From NCBI RefSeq assembly GCF_006345805.1, contig NC_043003.1, positions 104,098,001-104,162,000 on the forward strand: a stretch of 64,000 bases of DNA, in the 5' to 3' direction. The position numbers were made by a program, and so were the translations under genes. How positions within the stretch are numbered: position 1 is the first letter of the stretch; every line of letters starts with the position of its first letter. Positions 52,995-64,000 of this stretch are shown one piece after another. The notes under the pieces are model-generated. The model was not told the DNA's origin, made no database searches, and worked only from the letters and a program-made list of their open reading frames with translations. This DNA comes from Octopus sinensis (taxonomy: Eukaryota).

Positions 52995-53580
52995 TGAAAT
53001 TCCACTGAAGTTGAATTTGCCTTTCATACTTGAAGGATTGGTGAAATAAGCACCAGTTGAACACTGGGAGTAATATAATCGACTATCAGCCTTAAATTTT
53101 ACGTTTTGTATTGAAAGTAGAAATCATTATTAGTAATAAGGCGGTGAGCTGGTAGAATCGTTAGCACGCCGGGCAAATACTTAGCGCATTTCGTCTGTCT
53201 TCATGTTCTGAGTTCAAATTCTGCCAAGGTCGATTTTGCCTTTCATCCTTTCAGGGTCGATAAATTAAGTACCAGTTGCGTACTGAGGTCGATCTAATTG
53301 ACTGGTCCCTCCCCCAAAATTTCAGGCATTATGCCTACAGTAGAAAGGATTATCAGTAGTACTGTTAAGGCGGCAAGTTGGTAGATTCATTAACAAGGTA
53401 GGCAAAATGCTTAGCGGCATATCGTCCGTCTCATGTTTTGAGTTCAAATTCTGCCGAGGTCAATTTTGTCTTTCATCCTTTCGGGGTCGATAAAATAAAT
53501 ACCAGTTGAACGCTGGGGTCGATGTAATCGACTTACCCTTCCCCGAAATTGCTGACCTTGTGCCAAAATTTAAAACCATT
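52995..53580 (+). mobile_element. Three tandem SINE B copies (the first partial)
   Basis: Heads AAGGCGG at ~53138 and ~53367; repeated TTTCATCCTTTC.GGGTCGATAAA core. Confidence 0.88.
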
Positions 53581-55188
53581 ATTAGTAGTACTGTTGCATC
53601 ACTGATTCCTTTACACCTTTTTACTTGCAATATGGTCTGTTAATTCACCTCTAAGCCATCCTTTATGTACAAATTTTTATGTTGGAGCTCATAGAAAGTG
53701 AGGAGTCAATTGTTTCATCTGAGCAACTTGATGAATAAATTTGGATATAAACCTTAATTGCTGTCGTTGTTTAACGCACATGTCCGTCCTGATTGCGCCA
53801 TCCTATGATGACATTCCGACTATGTCTCAGTCATCGTTCTTTATACATAGTGTATATCAGATTACATTATCCGGTGTGTCTTTTTAAAAGGTGGCTGATC
53901 TGGCTGCATTTTCTAGCAGAATAAAGGGTCACTTAGAGGCCCCATCGATAGCTCATCGCAGCTGTTAATTTGAATTGTTGGAGCTTGGTGGATGAGAAGA
54001 AATATGGCTCTACAAAAAGAAGGGTCTATAGTATAAAAACACACTGTATGAGTTGAAGTAGGTGCAACAAGTGTTCATTTAATTCCAGTTATTTATTAAT
54101 GGGGATGGGTTACAGAACTAGCAAGTTTGGGAAGCAGAACTTGTTTAGTTAAGGGACACCACAATTCGACAATACATGAAGTACGTGTATGCGTGTGCGC
54201 AAATCTAATATGTTTTCGCTACTCTTTCACCAATTGGATAATTTGGCCTTTTTATCCAGCATTCCATCTCTCTTTATCTCCTTTTATCCAGTAACTTCTA
54301 TCGTTTCATATATTCCTCTCTCTTTCGAAGTTTTCTTCTTACCTTCTGTATCATGCTTTATACGATCTCCACTCGCTTACTCTTTAATTATCTTTGTATC
54401 ACTTCTTGCCTATTCCAGGATTTCTATGTAGTATCTCCCCCTCCGCCCCACTATCCTCCTCTGCTAAACACAATTCCACGAGTTTTTGTTATTCCTGTTT
54501 TCTCCAAATACCTTCTCCTTGTGATTCCTTTTCGCATGCTTCACCTACTCCTCATTATATTCCAGTTCAATAGAAGAGAATTCTATAATATTCCCTTATC
54601 CCAGTGATAACTTTCCTGTCTCTTTTTCCCTCCAAGTATATTTTCCACACACACACACACACACAAGAACGTGTGTTCATTTGTAGTCGTTGTCCGCCTT
54701 TTATAAAAAAATTCTATCACATCTTATTTATTCCTTCTATAATCCCCCCTTTACGACTTTTTGCAAACCCCTCCTCTATTTTTCCTCTCCCTCTATATAT
54801 CTTTATGTTTATCAATCTCATTTTGCTCCACACGGTCATTTTGTCAAATTACTTCTCATTCTTTTTCATTATTCTCTCTCTCTCTCTCTCTTTCTTTTCC
54901 ACTCCGTCCCTCTCTCCGCCCCATTCTTAATACATCTATTATTCTTTCCTCGTCGTTTTCCTACACTTTTCTCTATTCCTCTTTATTTATCTTTATCGAT
55001 CCAATTATAACTCACGCTACTCCTCCTTCTTGTCTTTTATTCTATCTACAGTTCCTCCTCCTCCTCTGTCGGTATTTGTTATGCTCTGTCTTTCCTCTCT
55101 TCTTTCTCCTACGCCCCTCTTAATCCGTCATACTCTATCTACAGCGTACTCGTAGAAGCACCTTGCAGAGGTAGCTCTCATCCCTTCT

Positions 55189-55316
55189 TCAGTCAACGGC
55201 TTGTGCAGCTGGCCAGCGCTTCACAGCTTTCTTCTCTGCTCTTCGATTTTCCCCTTCTCTCCCTCTTGACAACTCTCGACGAAGCAATGTCTCTCTACCG
55301 AAACGGAGTCTGGTTC
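55189..55316 (-). CDS. Candidate terminal exon of an unknown gene (possible RFamide precursor reading)
   Basis: Strong acceptor ttctttcattcctttcag|G with an upstream CTCAC branch-like site. Phase-1 frame reads xTRLRFGRETLLRR...KRWPAAQAVD*. Followed by ~1 kb of purine-rich UTR-like sequence. Confidence 0.35.
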
Positions 55317-56319
55317 CTGAAAGGAATGAAAGAATATACGAAGTGAGCTCATTTCTATTGTATATCTTGTTTATCTTATATAACCTTTCCTCGGTCAACT
55401 TCTTTCTTCTTCCTGTCTACTTTTATAGAGTGATGTGCATGTGCGAATGCTGTCTATATTTTTCATCACCATCCGTTCAATATAATCATATATACCCGTA
55501 TGGTTTAACCATATATGCTCTTATAATTTAACCGTATTTACCTTTATTGTTTTGCTGTGTATACCCTTATAGTATAACCATATACACTCCTCTAGTTTAG
55601 CTATATATACTCGTATATATTGAGTAACTGTCATTTTAAGAAACCTGGTTATGTAACGTATGGATTCGTATGATCTAAATAGAAGGCCAAATATTTAGGT
55701 GACTAGATAGGTGGGGCCAGAGAATATACAGAGATAAATGTGTATATACGTGTATATGAGGGAAATACGAAGAGCTGGATGAAGCTATAAAGATCGCCTC
55801 TGCAAGTTGTGGAGAGATCGGTCCTGAGAATTGTCATGCAAGAATTTCTGTCTTCACAAGTTGTAATATTTTATTTTCGCTCAACACGCATGTCACATTA
55901 TGAAAGCTTGGGTGTTTTAATGATCCAGTGTTTTAATGATTAAATATGCAATCACTTTGAAACTAATACACTTACCTCAACTACCACGCCTGACCTATAC
56001 TCACTCTTACCCACGAACCAACAACCAAAGCTTCTATACACGGTCGCTCGTTCTCCTAGAAGGAGCAAGTAAAAATCTTCCTCAGGCCACACCCTACAGA
56101 CTTTGTTTTTAAAGGGAACGTTGGATAATGTGGTCCTAAGACGGGGTTGTCAGTCTGGAACATCATTGATACAGTGCTGCTCGATGAGGACTGACCTGAA
56201 GCTAATCAATAACTTATCAGCACCTGAAATCACAAATATATTTTTTCGCTCTCCGCCCACACATTTTTTCTTTTTATTTGTCATTTATATCTCAGAAAAG
56301 TATTTTTAAACTTATTGCA

Positions 56320-56940
56320 TTCTGACTGAATTTGAACAGCACTATAGCGATTTTGCTTTTCAACTCTGTGAGATCGATAAGGAAGTACCAGGCATGTACT
56401 GAGGCCGATTCAATCGATTAAATACCTCTTCACAACTACGAATTTGCGACCTTGTACCGAGGTAATAAATTATTATTAAAGTGGCAGGAACGTTGGAGTT
56501 GCAATGTTAGAGAACGTCGGGTAAAATATTTGCGATGTTTAGTTTTTTTTTTTAATTTTATTTTTTATTCGGAGTGCAACTCCTGCTGAGTCGACTTTTA
56601 GCCCTCATTCTTCCAGAATCGACCGAAATAATGCAGTGTCGTTGTCTAGGTGCCCTCCCAATCGAGGGTCAATCAAACCAGTCAGATACTATGGTTGACG
56701 AACTCGACTACAAATTTGTAACTGTGTGTCGCGGAATGGTAGAGCACCTGACCAAGTGTATTACAGTATTTAATTACGTCCCTTTATGTTCTGAGTTCAG
56801 ACCCTGCTTTGGTCGACTTAGCTTTTTATTCCTCCGGGTTGCGAAAAAAGTACCAGGCAAATACTGCAAATTAATTCAATAGACTAAGCCCTTCTTCTTT
56901 AAATGTGTGACCCTGTGCTAAGGAGAGAAATCGTAAGGAT
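56320..56940 (+). mobile_element. Old tandem SINE B-related copies
   Basis: Degenerate TCGACTTT-GCC/GCTTT, AAGTACCAG and GACCTTGT motifs repeated about three times. Confidence 0.6.
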
Positions 56941-57715
56941 AACGATTATTCATTTTATCATCAACATCATTATGTTGTGGCTAGCTCGGTTAGAAGTTCC
57001 TAGCAAGACGTGTTTGCGTGCTTACGTTTCCCGGTTTCAAGCTCTTAAGTGCAGTGGATATGTAACACCGTTTATGTCGCTAATGGTTTTTCGGGAAAGG
57101 TATGACTAATGTAAGGTCCCGGTTCCCTTCTGTCATGCAAATACAGATTTTATAGCCAGCAGAGTCAAGCAAAGATTATCATCATCATTATTATTATTAT
57201 TGTAGTAGCTGCGCTTATTCTTCAGGTTGTTCACCCCTCACTTGTCTAAAACTTGCTACCTTACTGCTACTGTGAAATGATTGCTGTATACGTTTAGTAT
57301 CTCACACATGGATTTACTGAAATATAGAGATAATAATATAATAATAATAATGATAATAATAATAAACGATAATTAGAGTAAGAGTTAATAGCTAGAATTT
57401 AGCTAAGCGTGTCGAAATTATATTAGTCTGCTTGCATGTTCACGGTGGCTGCCAAATTGTCTTGCAGCCTCCCACGCAAATAATGTTTATTGATCGATTC
57501 CAGGGGATTCTACTGTTACTACACCACCCGCACCATCACATTCTTCCTTCCAGTTTATCATCATCATCGTATTATTATAAATTCTGTAGTTTCACAAGCC
57601 CCAAAATATGCCGTTTTTATATATTGCATCGCGATGCTTTGGTATTTGTGCATGCGCCAAATTAAAATATTTATTATTTAGCGATTTATGCATGTTATGT
57701 ATTGTTATGCATTTG

Positions 57716-57840
<125 letters not shown>

Positions 57841-58273
57841 AACAAGCAATGAGTTACATTTTGTCCTTGTAATGTCACAATCTTTCGCCCATGTAGCTGT
57901 AAAAGAAATCATTATTTTAATATTACAGAGCTCCTGTACTGGAGCTGTTGTTGCCCAACTTTTACTCTCAGATATCAGTACAGTATGTAGATATATGCAA
58001 ATGATTCAGATTATGAAATTTGTGTGGGTGGAGGCCCAGATCTGCTGCTGCTCTGTCTTATACAAGCAATGAATTGACGATTGCGCGTGTACCTGTCTAT
58101 GCATATACATAAATGTCAATATATATCATTTCTCTATACATTTATATGTGCAAATATACATGCAAATACACATATACAGTCAGTCAGTTGTTCATAAATC
58201 TAAAAAGAAGCACATAAGTCTAAAAAGAGGTCTAAAAAGAAGCTTCTAAAAAATTTGGTGGGCGGGCAGCAAT

Positions 58274-58356
58274 ATTTTGTGTAGTCCTGGGTAAAGGCCA
58301 GTCAGAAAGTTACATTGTTACTTTCTGACTGGCCATAACCAACGACCACATAAAAT
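58274..58356. other. 83-nt near-perfect hairpin
   Basis: Perfect 15-bp core GGCCAGTCAGAAAGT/ACTTTCTGACTGGCC extended by an imperfect outer stem. Confidence 0.8.
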
Positions 58357-58501
58357 CTATCTAATCTGTCTCTCTCTACCTAATCTGTCTCTCTCTATCT
58401 AATCTGTCTCTCTCTATCTAATCTGTCTCTCTCTATCTAATCTGTCTCTCTCTATCTAATCTGTCTCTCTCTATCTAATCTGTCTCTCTATCTAATCTGT
58501 C

Positions 58502-58537
<36 letters not shown>

Positions 58538-58540
58538 CAC
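58357..58540. repeat. 19-bp minisatellite (CTATCTAATCTGTCTCTCT)n grading into (CTAT)n
   Basis: Direct inspection. Confidence 0.95.
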
Positions 58541-58580
58541 ACAGACACACACACACATTATATGAAATGAGCTATAAAAA

Positions 58581-58749
58581 GTACCCACTACACTCACGGA
58601 GTGGTTGGCGTTAGGAGGGGCATTTAGCTGTAGAAACTTTGCCAGATCAAGATTGAAGCCTGGTGCAGCCATCTGGTTCGCCAGCCCTCAGTCATTCATC
58701 CAACCCATGCTAGCATGGAAAGCAGACATTAAACGATGATGATGATGAT
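58581..58749 (+). mobile_element. RTE 3' UTR terminal fragment
   Basis: CCCACTACACTC...GCTAGCATGGAAAGC...(GAT)n. Confidence 0.85.
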
Positions 58750-58784
58750 AATGTTACAGCAATAGAAAAATAAAGAGAGGATAG

Positions 58785-61700
58785 TATATATATGTATACA
58801 AGAAAAAGGGATTAGTGTTTATAAATGTAGTAAGATTATCTTAGAAAGATATAGAAAAAAAATACTATTTCAATTCTGTAAGGTCTTAGGAGTATCTATA
58901 TCTGTGGAGAAGGAAAGTAGTAAAGTTAATTTTCTGGATATTAATTTGGACCTCTGTATGAAAGCTACATCATCCATGCTACAAGCCAAATAAAAACCTT
59001 AAATATGTGAATTGAGAATGTCGGTGATGTTCTTAGGGGTGAGAAAGTCACAGATTGCCTCAAGATATCGGGCACAGGGTTACACTGTGGTAGGGGTGAT
59101 CTCAAACCCAGCTAATTTGATGGTAGTTTGGACAAAGTCAAATTTAGTGGGATTCAGAATGATGCTGTTGGAACCACAGATGTCGAGCCACTGGATGGCC
59201 CGAAAGAATGCTTCATGAATGGTGTTTGACCACATCAAGGTGTCATTGATGCACTTCATTTTCTGGGGAATGCTTGAGACAATTTTGTCAAACTGTTGGC
59301 TGTTGCTGTCCCCTGAGGTAACATATCCCTGTGGTGTATGTAACACAATAGTGGAAGAGGTCCAAGGGTGTGATGAAGATGGTTAAGTGGTGGTCCCTCT
59401 TGTTGAGGGTGGTGCTGTGGTTGCCATTCCAATCATTGAAGACAGGTTTTGGGGTGGTACGGAGTGGGCTTGGAGGAATGGGGATTGGGTGTGATGTGTC
59501 TTGTAGACCGCATGTTAGTTGAGGTGCTGAAGACAGACAGTCTGTCAAGGTTTTCCAGACTTCTTGGGGCATACCACCATTCTGTGGCACCAGGTGACAG
59601 GTGTAACCATGGGAACAGGTTCGATAACTCCAAGTTGAACATCGTGGTTGAGACCTGTTTTCTCTTGCTCTTACCGATGAACGGGGACTGGTATGGGCAT
59701 ATGGTGGGGAGCTGGTTTAGCACCGGGGTCCACCATTAAGCAGATCAATGGGCCAGACATCTTAGGGACTTGCTGATGTTCACAGATGTTGAATGTTCTG
59801 GAGGTGTAGTATTCCAGCAGCCACTTCTCCAGGTGACCATGGTTCTCCTCAGAGGCTGGGAATGGTAGTGAAATGGGAGAAAGGGTGTTATTTGTCGTAG
59901 GGGGCAGTTGCATACATTCTGAGTCGTTGTAGGAAATGTTTCCAGTGGGGTGTCAGCATGCCCACAGCTTTCTCCAATCATAGGGAAGTGGGGAGGAATC
60001 ATCCCAAGGGCTTACTTGGAGAGGGAAAGTTTGTCAGTTGAAGGAGTGGTGTAGATGATTTGATGGATTGTGCACTTCGCAGAGGATGGGGCAGTCCCAA
60101 ATATGCGTAGGGTCAGGGCACCGATGATATCTATGGGGACTGCTGTTAGCAGCAGTCATTGTCATGTTGACTGGTATAAGGTGCCACTGGTCTAGGCCCA
60201 GTTTGGGTTGGAGACTTGGCCAGGCATGACTGGCATCCAGTGTCTGCCATAGCGTTGTGACAGATAGCTGCGGTTGGTCATGAAAAGAGAAGTGGGGAAG
60301 CCCAATGCCTTTGTGTCACTTGGGTCAGCTTGAATGAAGGTAGTGACAAAGGGATGGGGGTTGGAAAAGCATTTCACCCAGGTATTGCAGAGTTCATTAT
60401 ACACATGGTGGTCAAGAATTATTACTTGGGTGGAGGTTTTGTCAGGGAGGTCAATCACAAGGCATAGGCTGTTGAATATTGCAGATGTGTGGACTTCTGT
60501 GTCAGATGCGTTGGGTTGACCCTTTCACTGGGAAGGCTGTTCTCGGCAGCAAACACTCTCATAGTGGTGCAGGATGCCACACTTGTGGTTGTAGGTGGGG
60601 CATTTCCTCATGCGTTCTTGTATATGACGTCCGTAGCCATGTTTTCCACAGTGATTGCAGGGAGTAGGGGCAGGTGTATCACAGGGTTCACCATATCTAT
60701 TGACCGGGTGGTGCCGCTCCTGGTCCCTCTATGAGCTAGAACCCATGGTGATTGAGGTGGTGCTGTGGCTCATGAGTCAGCTGGCTGACTGTTTTTCACT
60801 TTCTTTTGCTTCGATGCACCTCAGGACTTCTTCCGGGGTCGTGTCTTATTTGGAATCACCCAATATCTCAAGGCAGATCTCCTCATCCTCCAACCCATGT
60901 ATGAGAGCATCACGGACTATGATGTCGCTATAATCAATCATGGCATGGCAGGCCTCCATGGGGCATTCCACCTTGAAGTTGCAAACACCTGACTGCCCTC
61001 AAAGACATGCAGCAAAGACCCTGGTGGGTTCATCCTGGTCCTGTTGTAGCTGCACATAAGCAACTATGACATTTTCTTGGCAGACAGCCAGGGATTTAAT
61101 GTGACTGAGGCCTGTTTACTCATTGCTGGAGGTCAGTGCACCAAACGTCCATTTGAGATCTTTTCTGAGGGTCTCGTTGCAGCATTCAAGAAGCTGGAAG
61201 ACCACGTTGTTACCTGTCCAACATGTGGCTTCGTTTGCAGTCTGACCGTCTCTGCTCAAAGTAAGCCCACCCCTTGCTAGTTCCAGTTGTGAAGATGATG
61301 GGGTGGCAGACCGTCTCAGGTGAGACTTGCATGGGGGCAGACAGTTGCACAGCTGTCTAATGCACTGTAAAGATTGATGAGGTGGGTCAGAACCTCCACC
61401 AGAGTGTTTGCAGACCAACTTGTGGCGCAGTCAGGTGTAGGACTGGGTTTGTTGGCCATGTTGACTCATTTTTTGTCATAAGTAAGTCTGACAACTCTTT
61501 GCTTTCACCAACACTTTATTTACATGGATTGAAGCAATGACAAAAAGGGTCTTCAGTATACCTGAAATGTGAAGGAAAGCATGATGGATAATGAAACAAA
61601 CAATGTATGGCAAATTGAATGTAATGTAATAACTGATAATATATGTGTGTTTGGCTGTAATCCTCTAAATGTTGTAATAGAACTAAAAATAATATGAATG

Positions 61701-62640
61701 ATTCAAAGCAAACAGGTAAATATGATTCCCCTCACATACTTAATGACTGTGTACATGGGAATATATTAAGAAATAACAGCTATAATAATCTTTGAAAGTG
61801 AAGAGTCCACTTAAGACAGATTACATTGTATAATGCCCTATACAAGGCACAAATAGCCACCAATATACCAGGAAATTTTTTCATGGCTATGGACATGCAT
61901 TTCCCACTGTCAAGTAAATGTGGTAAGTTATTTAACAGACATATGGTTAAATTTGCTTATTCAACTATGAGAAACTTGACTGAAATTATAGCAATACATA
62001 ATGCAAGGAAGTTAAAAGAGTTTATTGATATTAATTTATCCAACCAACATAATGTTAATAATAGGGATAGTAGTAGAAATAATAATAATATTAATAGCAA
62101 TGGAAGTAGTAATGATGGTGGTAATAATGATCATAGCAGTAGTTATTATAAGGTTAAGAAATGTAATGATTCTTAGCTCAATACTTAATATTGACAATAG
62201 ATGGAATGTAAACGTTTCAAATGAAAAATCTTTCAATAACAGACTAAACCATTCATGTAACTGTAATAATTACCTAAAGAACTTAGTGAACTAATATTCA
62301 GTAATAACAGGGGAATGTACTTACTATTATATAGGTGCTTGCACAGCTAACTTCAAGTTGAGATTACATAATCACATCTCTTCATTTAGAAAAGAAGAAA
62401 ACTTTATTTCTGTAAGTAAATTCATCTGAAGCCTAATATGGTATTAAATGGTTAAAATAAGTAGTGCACTACTGTATAATGATGGTGAATTAAGATGTAA
62501 CTGATGCATTGAGGAGGCACTGCTTATCCTTACATCCAAATCCAACATATTAAAAAAAAGAAATGAATTAATGTTAAAATGTTCACACTTATTTCAAAGA
62601 ACCATTAAATCATCCCCTAATAAATTGAGTAATGATTAAA
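58785..62640 (+). mobile_element. Decayed Penelope-like element interrupted by a Gypsy element
   Basis: 58785-59011 encodes KVNFLDINLDL...YKPNKNLKYVN. After 61650 come HFPLSSKCGKLFNRHMVKFAYSTMRNL and GIY-YIG YYIGACTANFKLRLHNH. Confidence 0.8.
59012..61630 (-). mobile_element. 3'-truncated Gypsy LTR retrotransposon (5' LTR, gag, protease, RT)
   Basis: VFQLLECCNETLRKDL (gag), PVPVH, PQGYVTSGD...KCINDTLMWS...ILNPTKF (RT). LTR-like segment with AATAAA at ~61474-61630. Confidence 0.85.
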
Positions 62641-63377
62641 ATAATGGACTGAGTTTGCCTTCTAGGTCAAGTCTACTTAGTATATTTAATATACTTAACA
62701 GAGATAGTATTTTTTATATCATCAAAATTCTATTACTTAGTCTTCAAATTTTTATTCATATTGTATTTATTATTATTGTTATTTTTGTTGTTGTTATCAT
62801 TACTATTATTTAAATCTTAAAACTAGATTGTTTAATTATTTTCAATTGTCTTTAAATTGCATTTTAATTTTTTTAACTATTTAAAATTATTTTATTGTCT
62901 TTTTATTTTAATTTATTCATTTTATTCTTAATTTCATTTTTAATTTATTCCTAATTCATTTTAATTTGATTTAATTTTTTCTAGCTTAAACTTTAAACTT
63001 TGAATAATTCCTCTAAGAAAAACAATCTCTTCTAAGTAGAATATATTCATTAGTAAATAATTTACTGTTTATTTCCTTTGGGATTTGCTCTAACTAACCT
63101 GTTTTCTACCAAAAGCCTAAATTTAAAATTAATGCTGATCAAATAGCATTTCATTATAAACTAAATAATATACTTTATGAACAGCTTTAGCTATATCTGC
63201 ATCTTTTTTTATATTTGTTGAGGTCAATAACAGTTTAACAGTGGTAGGAATTTTTACCATGTCATTTTAATACTACAATTAACCTTAGAATTCCTAAATA
63301 GGTCTGCTGGTACACTTGTTTTGGCTAAAAGGCGTGAAGTTTACTACTATCACCCTTAAGTTAGTTGTTCTCTGTTC

Positions 63378-63593
63378 TCTTAGCTCAACACTTAATATTG
63401 ACAATAGATGGAATGTAAATGTTTCAAATGAAAAATCTTTCAATAACAGACTAAACCATTCATGTAACTGTAATAATTACCTAAAGAACTTAGTGGACTA
63501 ATATTCAGTAATAACAGGGGAATGTACTTACTATTATATAGGTGCTTGCACAGCTAACTTCAAGTTGAGATTACATAATCACATCTCTTCATT
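63378..63593 (+). repeat. 216-bp direct duplicate of 62171-62386
   Basis: Only three mismatches seen by eye. Confidence 0.92.
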
Positions 63594-64000
63594 CTCTATC
63601 CCTAGTGTACCTGTCACCTATCTGTCCTTGTAATCATTTGACAATGTTCCATACTACCACCTTTCTTCCTAATTTTTCAAGTCTGACTCTTAGCGTTTAC
63701 TACACTGTCAACTGTATCATTTCATGTTACTTTTGGTTTGGTTGGAACTTTGCTCCAATCACATCTGATCTAGAGCTCTCAGCAATTTTCGTAAAAATTT
63801 CATGTATGCTACAAGTTCCTAAATCTCCCTCTTTAATGTCACTTGTGTCAATTACAATTTTTCTAAATCTATTCCCAATTGCAGGATCTTTTAGTTACCA
63901 AATCTTTCTTCTCTATGTCATCTTTTTTTTGTGTCTGCCTAGCTTTGTGTCTGAAGTCACTAGTTACTAATATAGTTAGTAATTTATTTTCTGTAGTACA

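Noticed and set aside
54189-55123. Hydrophobic F/L/S-rich ORFs resembling membrane proteins
   Set aside because: Consequence of pyrimidine-rich low-complexity sequence.
57929-57982. Possible plus-strand small exon (ttacag...gtatgt)
   Set aside because: No recognisable product or partner exons.
62980-63370. AT-rich stretch reminiscent of mitochondrial rRNA (NUMT)
   Set aside because: No diagnostic rRNA or tRNA motif could be identified by eye.

Overview
Eukaryotic, AT-rich, repeat-dominated window. It is most likely octopus (coleoid cephalopod) DNA, inferred from the two abundant tRNA-derived SINE families and the RTE LINE with a hairpin-array 3' UTR. No prokaryotic features are present, and the long Y/I/M/C/H/T ORFs are microsatellite artefacts. 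Contents: an ~8.5 kb (TA/TACA)-derived satellite; at least three Penelope-like element (PLE) remnants with GIY-YIG domains; RTE, CR1-group, Tx1/L1 and R4/Dong LINE remnants; two decayed Gypsy LTR elements; a Tc1 transposase relic; three MITEs (TA, TTAA and 8-bp TSDs); and six copies of a ~390 bp non-autonomous Helitron. Host-gene signal is sparse: one plus-strand exon resembling the viroplasmin/RNase H1-N-like domain of ANKLE2, a promoter-like CpG patch with small minus-strand exons near 22 kb, and a minus-strand exon at 55.3 kb that can read xTRLRF-G-R (RFamide-like). Most notable: a set of minimal hammerhead ribozyme motifs, two with a compensatory U3:A8 core; a 2.2 kb inversion that splits a Helitron; and a paralogous empty site that confirms a MITE insertion. 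All calls were made by eye; no searches were run.
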